A stretch of DNA of 63,075 bases, the filler included, from Vannella sp. (Eukaryota): assembly GCA_023345925.1 (NCBI GenBank). It is 5 parts of 5 records of this genome, joined end to end, with 100 filler letters (N's around TTAATTAATTAA, not from the genome) between each part and the next. Parts side by side here need not be neighbours in the genome. Positions count along the whole stretch, not along the records: positions 1 to 9,599 come from JAJQQN010000310.1; positions 9,700 to 40,385 come from JAJQQN010001351.1; 3 more parts are not named here. One strand, written 5' to 3'. This document shows positions 1-9,989 of the stretch, in pieces; position 1 is the first letter of the stretch; the number at the start of each line of letters is the position of its first letter. The position numbers and the translations under genes were made by a program. The notes under the pieces were generated by a model that was not told the DNA's origin, made no database searches, and was given only the letters and a program-made list of their open reading frames with translations.

Positions 1-1712
1 GACACTGTTCAACTTCGAGGAGGGAGCTTAGTTCCCATCCACTTGCGGTGCTTTGGACACTCACCTGGTGGTATAAGATAAGGATCATCGAGTCAGCGTC
101 CGCTCGGGAGTAGAGAGCAGGATACGAGTACGAACGAGTGATAGAGAGGGTAAGCACTCGTAGTTTGCGGACAATCACTCGGTCAACACCTTCTTGAGCA
201 CCAGGAAGGTACGCATGAGCAAAGGCCAGCTGCAAGAAGGTGTTCTGACGAGCGGAGTACTCGAAACCGTTGGGAGCGAAGAACTTAAAGTCGAATGCGA
301 AGGTCTTCCACGGGTCACACCCTTGAATCAGGTAGCTGCCTGAATCAGGTCCCTCATGGAGATGCCCATACGCGTTATTGACTTCAAACTCGGGAGGGAA
401 TCGCATTCGCAATGTCCCTTGGAAGGCCATGGGAGACGAGTATCTCTTGTACATGTCCTTGGCAAGGCTGGTGGTATCCAACGAGTAAAGGAGAAGGTTC
501 CCGCCTGTAGAAGAACATAGATGGGAGAGGGAAGGAAGCCCAAAGAAGGAGTTATCCTCGATCGACCCTTTCAGTGCGATCACATCAACACAGATTCCCG
601 CTGACGCAGCCCGCTTGGCCTCTTCCTTGTAGAAGGGGTTTGTGCCCTCTTGGCTTTGTTCTTCGGCAGGAAGGTCACGGATCTGACCGATCCCAAAGCT
701 GGGGCGACCAGAAAGGAACAAAGTCACTCGAACTGACTTTGAAGTCAGTTGCGGAGCTGCATGTTCTGAAGGGTCCCCTACCATTGAGGTGTTCAAAGTC
801 AGCAAAGTACTCAGTGAGGAGGCGGATTGTGGCCCCAACAGCGCGGCGATTGTCAACAAGTGACCCCACGGAGGCCAGCTTCTCTATTGTGCTTGTAATG
901 AGAGCGATGTTATCTTCCAGCTATACTGTTGGATCAGTGAGAGCTCTCCCATGCGACAAGAACGTACGGGAACCAAAAATCTTTCCAAAGTGACAAGCCT
1001 CTTCAGAGGAACGGATGCCTCTCCCATTTCGTTGTTTCTTACAGGGATATAGTGAACGTGGGGAACTGTTTCATGGCCCTGATCGGGCTCTCCAAGCTGG
1101 AGGAGGCTCCAGATACCCACCCGATGATCAAAAGTCATAAGACCGAAGAGGGAGTCCTTGGGCATGCCTTCCATAGCTGCAACAATACCTTCTTCCACCC
1201 GTTGGAGAAAGCGAGGATCCCCTGTGTTGGTTGTGTCGACGGCCATGATGAAGATGGGGAGATCTCGAGCTTGAATGAGGGACTCTGCTGCAGGAGGAGG
1301 CTCCATATATACATCTACACATTCGTTGGAGATCTCAGGAAGAGTAGAGCGAAGAGAGACGCTGTAGCGATCTCCAGAGAAGGAGTTTTCTGGGGTGGCA
1401 TGAGGAGGAAGCGCAGTGTTGGTTGCTCGTCTTACCAGCCCGGCAGAGAGAGCAAAACCAATAGTTATCTTTCAAAGGTGCGTGTGGGTTGATGTATGCA
1501 TGGCATCTGCGGCAGCGAGCTATCTCTGAGGAGACTGCGGAGGACTTCTGAAGGACAGAAACGACTTGCTCACCGCTAAGCGGCTGTACCACGCACCCCC
1601 AGACAAGGCCACTCCTTGTCTTTATCTCAACTGGACACTGGTCAGGCACTGGGCTGGTTCAATCACTCCTCTTACGAGAGTTAGGGAAGACCGGCAAAGT
1701 CAACCGCAACAT
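1..1712 (-). CDS. Sec23/Sec24-family protein (Zn finger + vWA trunk), multi-exon, runs off the window start
   Basis: GLVWGCVVQP, RCRRCHAYIN..WFCSLC Zn finger; PIFIMAVD and FGLMTFD vWA motifs; FYKEEAKRAASAGICVDV..STGG; ATG at 1712; introns include 1649-1675. Confidence 0.85.
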
Positions 1713-1824
1713 TCTTCCAAGGTGTGATTAGAAATGAGAGTCCACGAGGCCAGGCGACCAAATGCAACCAGGACCGAGAGAAGTCACGAGCGGGCATTTC
1801 CCCTTGTGGTCCTGGAGCAGCCAA

Positions 1825-1879
1825 AAAGTGAAAAAATGAAATCAGTCCAAAAGCTTATCCTGAAGAGATGGAGGCCATC
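1825..1879. repeat. Dispersed repeat A, copy 1
   Basis: 55 bp matching 28619-28673 with one mismatch; first 50 bp identical. Confidence 0.9.
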
Positions 1880-1928
1880 AGGGCAACCTACGCGAACAAG
1901 AGTTCTGCTCCTAAAATCCATTTCAGAG

Positions 1929-2411
1929 ATGGCGGGGGTTCTTTGTCGCCTTTCTGAGGGAGCGCAGCGTGCTGTCAACCAACTTCTTGAAGGTTCATCG
2001 CCAGATGAAGCGGCGATCTTTCTCAAGTGCCACGTGGCGAAAGGGGAGCTTGATGTGGACTTTACCTTGGAGGAGACGGACATTAGCGAAATCAGTTCCG
2101 AGTTATCAGACACCCTTCCTGCTCTCATCCTCTTCCGCACCAAACTCACGATTGATGAGCAAGCTCAAGCTTCTAGCGTCCTTCTTATCAACTTCAATCC
2201 GATGAACACGCCCTTGACCCTCAAAGGCACCTACAAAAACACCTTCCAGGACCTCCAGAGGCAGTTGGTGCACAAGGTCAAGGCACTAGAACTCAATGAT
2301 CTTGGTGACTTCCGTCAAGAGATCATTGAAGCGCGTGCTCGAGGCCTCACTGGAACGATGGCCGAGGCCGCCCCTCCCATGAAGCAAACCTTCGGCCGCG
2401 AAGCCGTCTAG
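1929..2411 (+). CDS. ADF-H/cofilin-fold protein, glia maturation factor-like
   Basis: AAIFLKC..ELSDTLPALILF..LINFNP..Y pattern and ~160-aa size fit ADF-H; ATG at 1929. Confidence 0.6.
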   Translation: MAGVLCRLSEGAQRAVNQLLEGSSPDEAAIFLKCHVAKGELDVDFTLEETDISEISSELSDTLPALILFRTKLTIDEQAQASSVLLINFNPMNTPLTLKGTYKNTFQDLQRQLVHKVKALELNDLGDFRQEIIEARARGLTGTMAEAAPPMKQTFGREAV

Positions 2412-2450
2412 GTAGGAAAGTTGAGCGCAATATATTGTCATGAAGAGTAG

Positions 2451-3017
2451 CTATGTACATGTCCTTGCAAGAGAGGACAAAGAGCGGTGCTGACCACCTA
2501 AACGGTCCACAATGGCGGCATTCTGAAGCACCTGGAAGCGTGTGTGGGAGAAGCTCTCCGTTGGAGAGGATGTGGTGATGGTAATGAACCCTGGTCGTGT
2601 TGTACTGAGCCTGGCGGTCAGTTTGACAGCTTCCTGACTCCGTAAGTAGTCAATGGCACTCTCGATGGTCTCAAAGGGGCGGAAAGCCGGCTCGTGCCAG
2701 TTGTTCTTCAAGAACAGTACCCGAGCACCAAACAGGTGGTTCTTGTTCCCCAGCTGGCTCTCGTTGAAGGTGCGTACGCACTCGTAAGCTCCCGACCAAT
2801 GATAGAGCCACTTTACGTGCTCTTCCGGCAGCTCCGCTGCCTCAGGGAGCGAGGAGGTGATGTGTTGGAGGTAGCGGTCATTATGCGAGATAGCGCACTC
2901 CGGTGCAGCGCTGGACATCCACCCCAGTTGCTCATCGCGACCCGAGTGAGCGTAGATGTTGGCGGTGGCCATCAAAGAGTGGTGGAATCCTGTTTTATGG
3001 TCCATTGTCATTCTCAT
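2451..3017 (-). CDS. Small protein with C-terminal SH2-like domain
   Basis: WHEPAF..ESAIDYL..ARLSTTRPGFITIT..SHTRF resembles protist SH2 (W..A..L..RxSxSxPG..H); start could be 3017, 3011 or 3005. Confidence 0.55.
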   Translation of the reverse strand: MRMTMDHKTGFHHSLMATANIYAHSGRDEQLGWMSSAAPECAISHNDRYLQHITSSLPEAAELPEEHVKWLYHWSGAYECVRTFNESQLGNKNHLFGARVLFLKNNWHEPAFRPFETIESAIDYLRSQEAVKLTARLSTTRPGFITITTSSPTESFSHTRFQVLQNAAIVDRLGGQHRSLSSLARTCT

Positions 3018-4308
3018 CACTGGTATCGGGACTTCTTCTTCGTAGGCAAGCGGGAAGCGGGCCTCTTCCTCTTCTTCTTCTTGCCCTTGGGAAGCTCAGC
3101 AGCCTCTATGCTGGTGAGAGGAGTATACACAACATGTGCTCTCTCTTGCTTGAGCGGTTTGGCCACGCGGAGCTTCTGGTACTTATCTTGAAGGTCGTAG
3201 ATCACTGATCGGTTGTGCTCTGGTGTCTCAAGGCTTGTTGCTAGAGCCAGAAGACCCTCTTCGATACTATCAAAGTAGGGGAAGTAGCGATAGGTGCCAC
3301 TCAAGCGGAAGTTATGCTTTTCTAGCTCGGACAGCTCCTCGTCCTCGTCTACCTCCAGGTTGTACTCTTCGTCGAACTTCTCCTTCAGGAATCTCAAGAA
3401 GACAGCCTCTGCCACTCGTTTCACGATGCGTCTGTCATCGCTCTTCTGCAACAGGTCGAAGAAGGGAATGAGGAGCCCGCTGAGCTCCATGTTAGAGAGG
3501 ATCTGATCACCAGGGCCTGTTTCGGGAAGTGACTTGTTCAGAGAATCTACAAAGACATCCGCAAGGTGAAGGACAACACCAGGGCATGACTCTGCGTGGA
3601 GAGATTCGCAGAGGGATCCACTCCATAGGAAGATGGTCTCGCTCTCTGCCTCAGTGAACTCATCCTCTTCTTCTCCACTTTCCTCTCCACTCTTCTCCCT
3701 CGAAGGGGCCTCAGCCTCAGCCTCCTCGGAATCATCCTCGCTGGCCTCACCCTCTTCGTCCTTGGGTTCCTCGCTATCGTCCCCCTGGCTGGGTTTGTTG
3801 AAGATGTCTGAGATAGCCACTTGTAAGGAGGTCTCGATCATGCGGCGGATCAGGCTGTAGAACTTATTCAGCCTGGAAAAGGAAGGAAAGGTTAGAGCGA
3901 GATCAACGCGATCAGATGATCAAACACACCGGAGATTGTCGATCCCATGCCACTCTCGGTTCATTGTAGCCAGGAAGCAGCGAACGAACTGGAGAGCCGA
4001 GTTGGGGGAGGGAAAGTGGAGGGTAAGCTGGGCGATGTCCGCTGCCAGTTCTTGTTGCACGGGTGGCTTATCAGACATCCACATACAGTAGAAGAGCCCT
4101 TTCCAAAGCTTCATGAGCTCCTCATCTTCCAGATCGTTCTCATCTAAAGACCCAACAAAGTTCTGAAGCTTTTCCAAGGTCTTCTTTCGCGTCTTCAAAG
4201 CTACCTCCACGTGTTAGAGGCGAGGCATAGCTCCACAAGATAGGGCCTACAGTTTGACGCCAATCGCTGGGCGAAGAGGATCTCTTTCCCGTCCAACCCT
4301 TCCGCCAT
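3017..4308 (-). CDS. RRP1: Ribosomal RNA processing protein 1 (Nop52 family), 3 exons
   Basis: FAQRLASN..KTR, LMKLWKGLFYCMWMSDKPPVQQELA, REWHGIDNLR; basic C-terminus. Confidence 0.92.
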
Positions 4309-4518
4309 GGACACCAAAAAAATCACTTTTTCGTGGGCAATATATCAAAAATCTTACTCTTGTTTTACGCAAAGATTGTTATTCCGCTTTGCTTCACCGT
4401 CTTCCAGAAACGAATTCCAAAAAGAACAACATTTCAAGGAACATTCTGATTCCACCAATCACAACATCGATTCGCTCCATGCGCGAATGGCCCGAAATAG
4501 GTTAGTCTCTTACCTGCC

Positions 4519-6324
4519 ATGTCTTCTGGACGTGAAAGGGGTGAGGCGAGAAGGCTGCGTTTGTCGGAGCAACTTGGCCAAGATGAGCTGGAACGCAGGG
4601 GATCGGCAGGGGCAAGTCTAAACAGCTTCTTTGCTGGTGAATGTCGGCTCTCGTGGCCCGATTTGCGGGGGCTCTTGTTAGGTCATGCAGGATCGGAATT
4701 GGACGAAGGCTTCTTACGGCAGTATCACGCTGTGATCCAGGACTTTGGAGTTCCTTACGTTGAGAGAATCTCTCTGGGAACGGAACGAGCCATTGCTTTC
4801 GAGAGGCACGTGCTTCCACTGGAAGGGGCTGTCTGTTGCACTCTCACTGGACCAGAGACTGTAAATGCTTCCCCGTTGCTAATGTGGACATTCTCTAACG
4901 GTTGTTTAGGACTCTGGATTGGTCCTGGGGGTACCTCAGCACTATTTGAGCCAGGCTTGTGGGCAAACCATCTCAACCTATCCCGCTCGTTCTAGCCTCT
5001 TGAGGCATGGAGACCCTGTGTGTGATCGCTTTGGCTTCAAAGCCTTTCACAACCGATGTATCAGCGTTGTGGCTGACGGTTGCAATTGGGGAGAACGGCC
5101 CAAAAGCGCGGCAGTTCGGGCACGAGACTCCATCTTGGCCACTCTTTCTCACCATCTTCACCGGATTGACACCATTCCAAGCGCACAGGCACTATTACTC
5201 CAATCATTAGCCGAGGCTCAGCGACACATTTGTCTCACAGAGCCTGGTGGGGTGAGTACTGGTCCTGCTGCGTTTGAGTTCATTTTAACCTTCTTCAGCC
5301 TGATCCAGGGAGCACAACAGTGGTGGCGGGTGTAACATTGCACGTGGGAGGAAGCAAAGACTCCAATGAATGGGCATTCGTTTGCGCCTCTGTTGGAGAT
5401 TGTAAAGTATTCACCATCGAGCACGACACAAGTCGCGTTCGGGATGTCACAGAAGGTAACAAAGATACGATAGAAAGTGCTACCGACCCTGGTGGTCGAT
5501 TAGGTCCGGTCTGCCATGAAGAAGAGTCATCCGACGTCGGTCCTGACCTCCGAAACCTTCGAGTGCGTTTGTTGCTGAATGACTGGAGTTATACTCACGA
5601 TTTGTAGACTTACGTCACTTCTTGCCGGACAGGAGACCTGGTTGTGGTTATGAGCGATGGTATCCACGACAATCTGTCCCCCAAATTGCTTGGGATTCCT
5701 CCAAGGGAGCTTAAGCTTGACTTTGATACTTGGGCCGAGGCGGAGAAGAATATTGATATGGAAAAAGAGTCTTCAAAGTATCGATGCCGGCGGATGGAAA
5801 GCATTCTTGAATCCAAATGTGACTCGCTCTTACCTTCGGTAGTTCTTGAAGCTCTCATGAACTATTGTATTGAAACCACGGAGCCAGGACGGAAGTGGAT
5901 GGAGCTGAACCCTGGCCAACAGCTTCCTGATGACTATTCCAGGTATCCTGGCAAGATGGACCACACCACTTGCTTGATTCATCGCGTGGGACACTTTGAA
6001 CCCTCATCAGAAGTATCCCATCTATTCACTCCATTGGCAGTCAGCGTCACTGTATCTACCACCCATGTGCGCCTTTATTGCCGTTCCATTGCGAAGGGGA
6101 AATTTGAATGCTTGGCCAGGAGGATGAGTTGTATCCTCTCCGTTGTACCCCGGCGGACTTTCCATCCAAGCCTTGGAGAAGAAGTGATTGGGGAAGACGA
6201 GGTCTCCAGTGCGATAACCAGGACAATAGATTTCCCTCCCAACATCGAAATTGACATTCGCACCAAACACATCAAGTATGAGTCTTCCAGCGGCATTATA
6301 CTCATCCGCTTTGAACGGTTGTGA
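4519..6324 (+). CDS. PP2C/SpoIIE-like phosphatase-fold protein, multi-exon
   Basis: ADGCNWG, VGDCK, DPGGRLGP, SDGIHDN and GKMDH motifs; introns near 4861-4909, 5271-5308 and 5563-5607. Confidence 0.8.
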
Positions 6325-6510
6325 CATCTACCCTAACGAGAGCACCACGTACACATGTAAACAATAGCTTTTGACTTCACACGAGCTTGTTATCTTATCC
6401 ACTGACGCGTAACTATTCATTAGGGGTGTCTGCTGGCGCCTCTTCATGCGAGTGCGCCAACCATAAAAGATACAAGAACCCATGCCAGAACCAAAAGTGA
6501 CTAGGAAACT

Positions 6511-6885
6511 CTATTTACTCATGAACTCCGCGTCCTCAGCCACGCCATCCGCGCTATCGGGTTTGCTCTCCTCTTCCAGACACGGGGAACTGTTGGGCTC
6601 ATGCAGTAGAGCTAACCAATCAGAAAGAACATCTTCTGGCTCGTCTTGTGCAGGAGAATTGGTGGGGGAGGAGATATCCTCACTCTCCTTCGGGGGGAGA
6701 GGTAACGGATCAGGAGTAGAAGGAAAGGACGGGGCAGATTGAAAATGAGTCATCCGAAACAAGGAATTGGAAGGAGGTTGGACCCAATCTTGGGAGGTGA
6801 AGGAGAACGTTGAAGAAGCTTCGTTGGATTTTGGCTTCTTATTCGAGAGGGGCGTGACCGGGACGAACTCCCACTGCTGCTGCAT
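6511..6885 (-). CDS. Short low-complexity orphan protein, tandem paralog 1
   Basis: Shares MQQxWEFVP, FxFxSQDWVQP, LFRMTxF and LxxWLxxLxEP with 7352-7684. Confidence 0.6.
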   Translation of the reverse strand: MQQQWEFVPVTPLSNKKPKSNEASSTFSFTSQDWVQPPSNSLFRMTHFQSAPSFPSTPDPLPLPPKESEDISSPTNSPAQDEPEDVLSDWLALLHEPNSSPCLEEESKPDSADGVAEDAEFMSK

Positions 6886-7351
6886 ACTGAATGACCCACA
6901 AGCTCTCGATTGTTCTCCTGAAGAGCGCCCGAGCGGGGCCCAATTTGGGGAATTCATAGAACAGAACTGGTTCTTCAAGATTTCGGCGTAGTCAATAGAG
7001 ATGGGCCGCATTCCCTTCCGCACTTCCCGATGAAGCTCTTCCGGGGAATGATTGAGGGACTTTCAATATCGACGCAAGAGTTGAACCACATGAGTTCTCT
7101 TTATGCGTTTTGGTTCATTTCCAACCAAGAGAATTCACCGCCCCACTCAAACTGTTCCTGAGCGCGATTCGTGTAATGAATAGACTTCCTCTCATTAGCC
7201 CACAAGCTATGTCTATTCCAGAAGCCATCCTGCACACCTCTGAATGAGCAAAAGAAAGCCATTCTATCCCTGTTGATTGTTTCGGGGGTTTTGTCACACT
7301 TTTCATTCGGACAGTTTAGTGTGGGCTGGTCACAATCAAGACTATAACGGA

Positions 7352-7684
7352 CTATCCGTCTACCTCTGGTTCATACAATGGCGACCCACTCGTCGGCTCG
7401 TTCAATGAGGCCAACCACTGAGCAAGAAAATCAAAATCGCCCCCATCTACATCGAGAGCAGCAGTGGAGAAAGTCCCCCCTATTTCGTTCAAGGGTGCCG
7501 GATTGGCTGGTGGGGAAAGTGTCCCAGTCGATGAGAATTCCGTCATTCGAAACAAAGGAGATGGGGCTGGTTGCACCCAATCCTGTGAGGAGAAGGTAAA
7601 CCTTGGCGAAGGCTCATCGCTCTTTGTCTTCTTCATCTTCTTTGGCGGCGGGTCGGAAGGGACGAACTCCCAGTGCTGCTGCAT
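7352..7684 (-). CDS. Short low-complexity orphan protein, tandem paralog 2
   Basis: Same conserved motif blocks as 6511-6885. Confidence 0.6.
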   Translation of the reverse strand: MQQHWEFVPSDPPPKKMKKTKSDEPSPRFTFSSQDWVQPAPSPLFRMTEFSSTGTLSPPANPAPLNEIGGTFSTAALDVDGGDFDFLAQWLASLNEPTSGSPLYEPEVDG

Positions 7685-7914
7685 AATAACTGACCACGAC
7701 TCGGAACTTCCAAATACTTGTCCGCTGGGAAAGCGTCTAGATGGTCCAGAAACAGCCCAAACAGGCAATTCTGCAATCCATTCCAAGTTTTGGGCGTTGT
7801 CGGAGTCTCGAGGGACCGCTCCGCCGCACTTTCTCGCGGAATGCGCAACCCCGGCCCTTTACTGGCCAAAGAGGAAAGTGGCCCTTGTGGGGGAGGTGGC
7901 CGAAAGCATTTAGT

Positions 7915-9504
7915 TTAAGGCTGCGCTTCAAAGTTCCAATTGCGAGCGTCAGCGCAGGAGCGGCAGCAATAGCGCCAGGATTCGTAGTTGACGAGATCAA
8001 AGAACTTGAGACATTTGGAGCAAGCGATGTTCCCACAGGACATGCAATGATGTCTACGGAAGAAGAAGGTGAACGGCGCCTTGCAGTCCGTACATTCCTG
8101 AGCACTGGAGTCAGGCTTGTAATCGAACTCGAGACCGGCAGGCGCCTTCCTCTTCTCCGCATAAGATACAATGTACGATGCTGCCTCTGTTACCCCGTCC
8201 TCCTGGCGCAGTGCTTGGCCCAGTTGCCTGGCTTTCGAGATAGATGCTTCGGAGATGCACTGGCGTGCCTGGGTGAACAGGAAGTCCTCGGTCACGTCCC
8301 GCAGCATGCAAACGTCGTTCTGGCCCACTCCCAAGTCCACCACTCGAGAGGCCCAGAATGGCTGGTCTACTAGTACAGGGAGGATCACTGTGGGAATGCC
8401 TGCTCGGAGACTGGCTGCTGTGGTCCCTGCACCGCCGTGGTGGAAGGCCATTGCGCATCGAGGGAAAAGCCACTCATGTGGCACGTCCTTGACCAGCATG
8501 ATGTTCTCAGGCACTTCAATGCCTTCCATGTCAGACCAACCAGCACAGTAAACACCGCGCAGGCCCAACCGGCTGAGAGCGCGGCCAAACATTTGGACCA
8601 ATTCGTCCTTGTTCTTGACCGGCATGCTCCCAAAGCCGATGTAGACAGGTAGATCCTCATCGTGAAGGAAGTCTGCAAGGTCAGGATGCGGTTCGTAGTC
8701 CTCCACGGGAGGGAGAATCCAGTAACCCGTCTCGATGACTTGAGGCGGATAGTCTTGTGGCCTTGGGACGACCTTCTGGCTGAAGATGTTCAAGATAGGC
8801 ACACTATTCAAGCCCGCTGAGTTCACTTGTGGTAGTCCCAGCTCCTTGCGCATGGCGTTGATGTCTCCTCCAAGCATGGCCCACTGAAGCCTCCACATTG
8901 CTGCTTCTCTGTTAGCTCTGGGGACTGTTGAAGAGGGGTTTCTTACCCCAACTGAGGTTCTTGTTCAACCACTTGGACCCAAGTGGCTTGGAGAGCACTC
9001 CTATGGGCGGTAGCTCGCCAGAAGGGAAGGCGGGGACGGTGCTGGCGCAGAGAACGGGGATGAGGAGCTTCTGCCCCATCGCTAACGTTTCGCCCAAGTT
9101 GACGATACCAGAGATCAAACATGTCGGGCGCCATTCTAGTACGTACTGACGCGTGAGCTTGAGGTTGGTGGGAGTGTGAACAGCAACTGTGCTCATGATA
9201 ATCTGCTCCTACGTCAGCCTGCGCTTCTCCCGGGTTCAATGAAGGGTACCTTCATCTGCTCAGAGGTGTCTCCTGTGAAGAAAGCTCCTTCAAACTCGGG
9301 CGACTGCAACACAGCCTCCAAGTCGCCCTCGAAGGGCAAGAACTCGATGTCAGGACCGTATTGCGCTACAAAGGCGCGATGAGACTTGTTTGTAGCCATA
9401 GCTACATCATGTCCTGACGCAATCAACTTGTTTCCCAGCGCAACAAAGGGCTGAGCGTCCCCCCTCGACCCGACAGAGATAATCATGACCCGGTGCCGCG
9501 CCAT
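7915..9504 (-). CDS. Sterol 3-beta-glucosyltransferase-like (GT28-N/UDPGT) with C-terminal FYVE finger, 3 exons
   Basis: GSRGDAQPF, VYIGFGSM, PHEWLFPRC..HHGGAGTTAASLRAGIP..DQPFW; CTDCKAPF..RRHHC..CG..C..C. Confidence 0.9.
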
Positions 9505-9599
9505 CCCGCACTCGGCAGCCAGAGAATGAAGGACTAGAGAAGGAGATGAACGTATGTCTTCAATGAGAACGTCGTATGGCGCTAGAGAGCCAGTCTAAG

Positions 9600-9699
9600 N
9601 NNNNNNNNNNNNNNNNNNNNNNNNNNNNNNNNNNNNNNNNNNNTTAATTAATTAANNNNNNNNNNNNNNNNNNNNNNNNNNNNNNNNNNNNNNNNNNNN
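9600..9699. other. Artificial contig spacer
   Basis: N44-TTAATTAATTAA-N44, stops in all six frames. Confidence 0.99.
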
Positions 9700-9989
9700 A
9701 TCTTTTTTGAAAAGGAAGGGCTTTGAATGATAATCAGGCCGAAGTTGAAAAATCGAACTTCTCAGGTTTCCGTGGGCACGATTAGCTTCGCCTCACTCCC
9801 TGTCAGACGCTTGCGAAGTGCTTCAAGAATAAACGGGTCCCAAGTCAAACATTCTGTTGTCACCGCGAATGCGTTCTAGCCTCTTTGTTTTATCTCGAAC
9901 TCCTCACTGACCTACACCCTGAGCTTGAGAGTGTTTGCATGAACAAAAGGTATTTATGTGAGAAAGGCGAGGGCAGTACTCGGTCACTT

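Noticed and set aside
1734..1928. N-terminal extension of the 225-aa ORF
   Set aside because: It runs through non-coding repeat A; the ADF-H fold begins at ATG 1929.
9600..9699. Recurrent TTAATTAATTAA flanked by N runs (four times)
   Set aside because: Identical 100-bp artificial joins. Genes across them are not neighbours, and ORFs ending in 'LIN' are artefacts.
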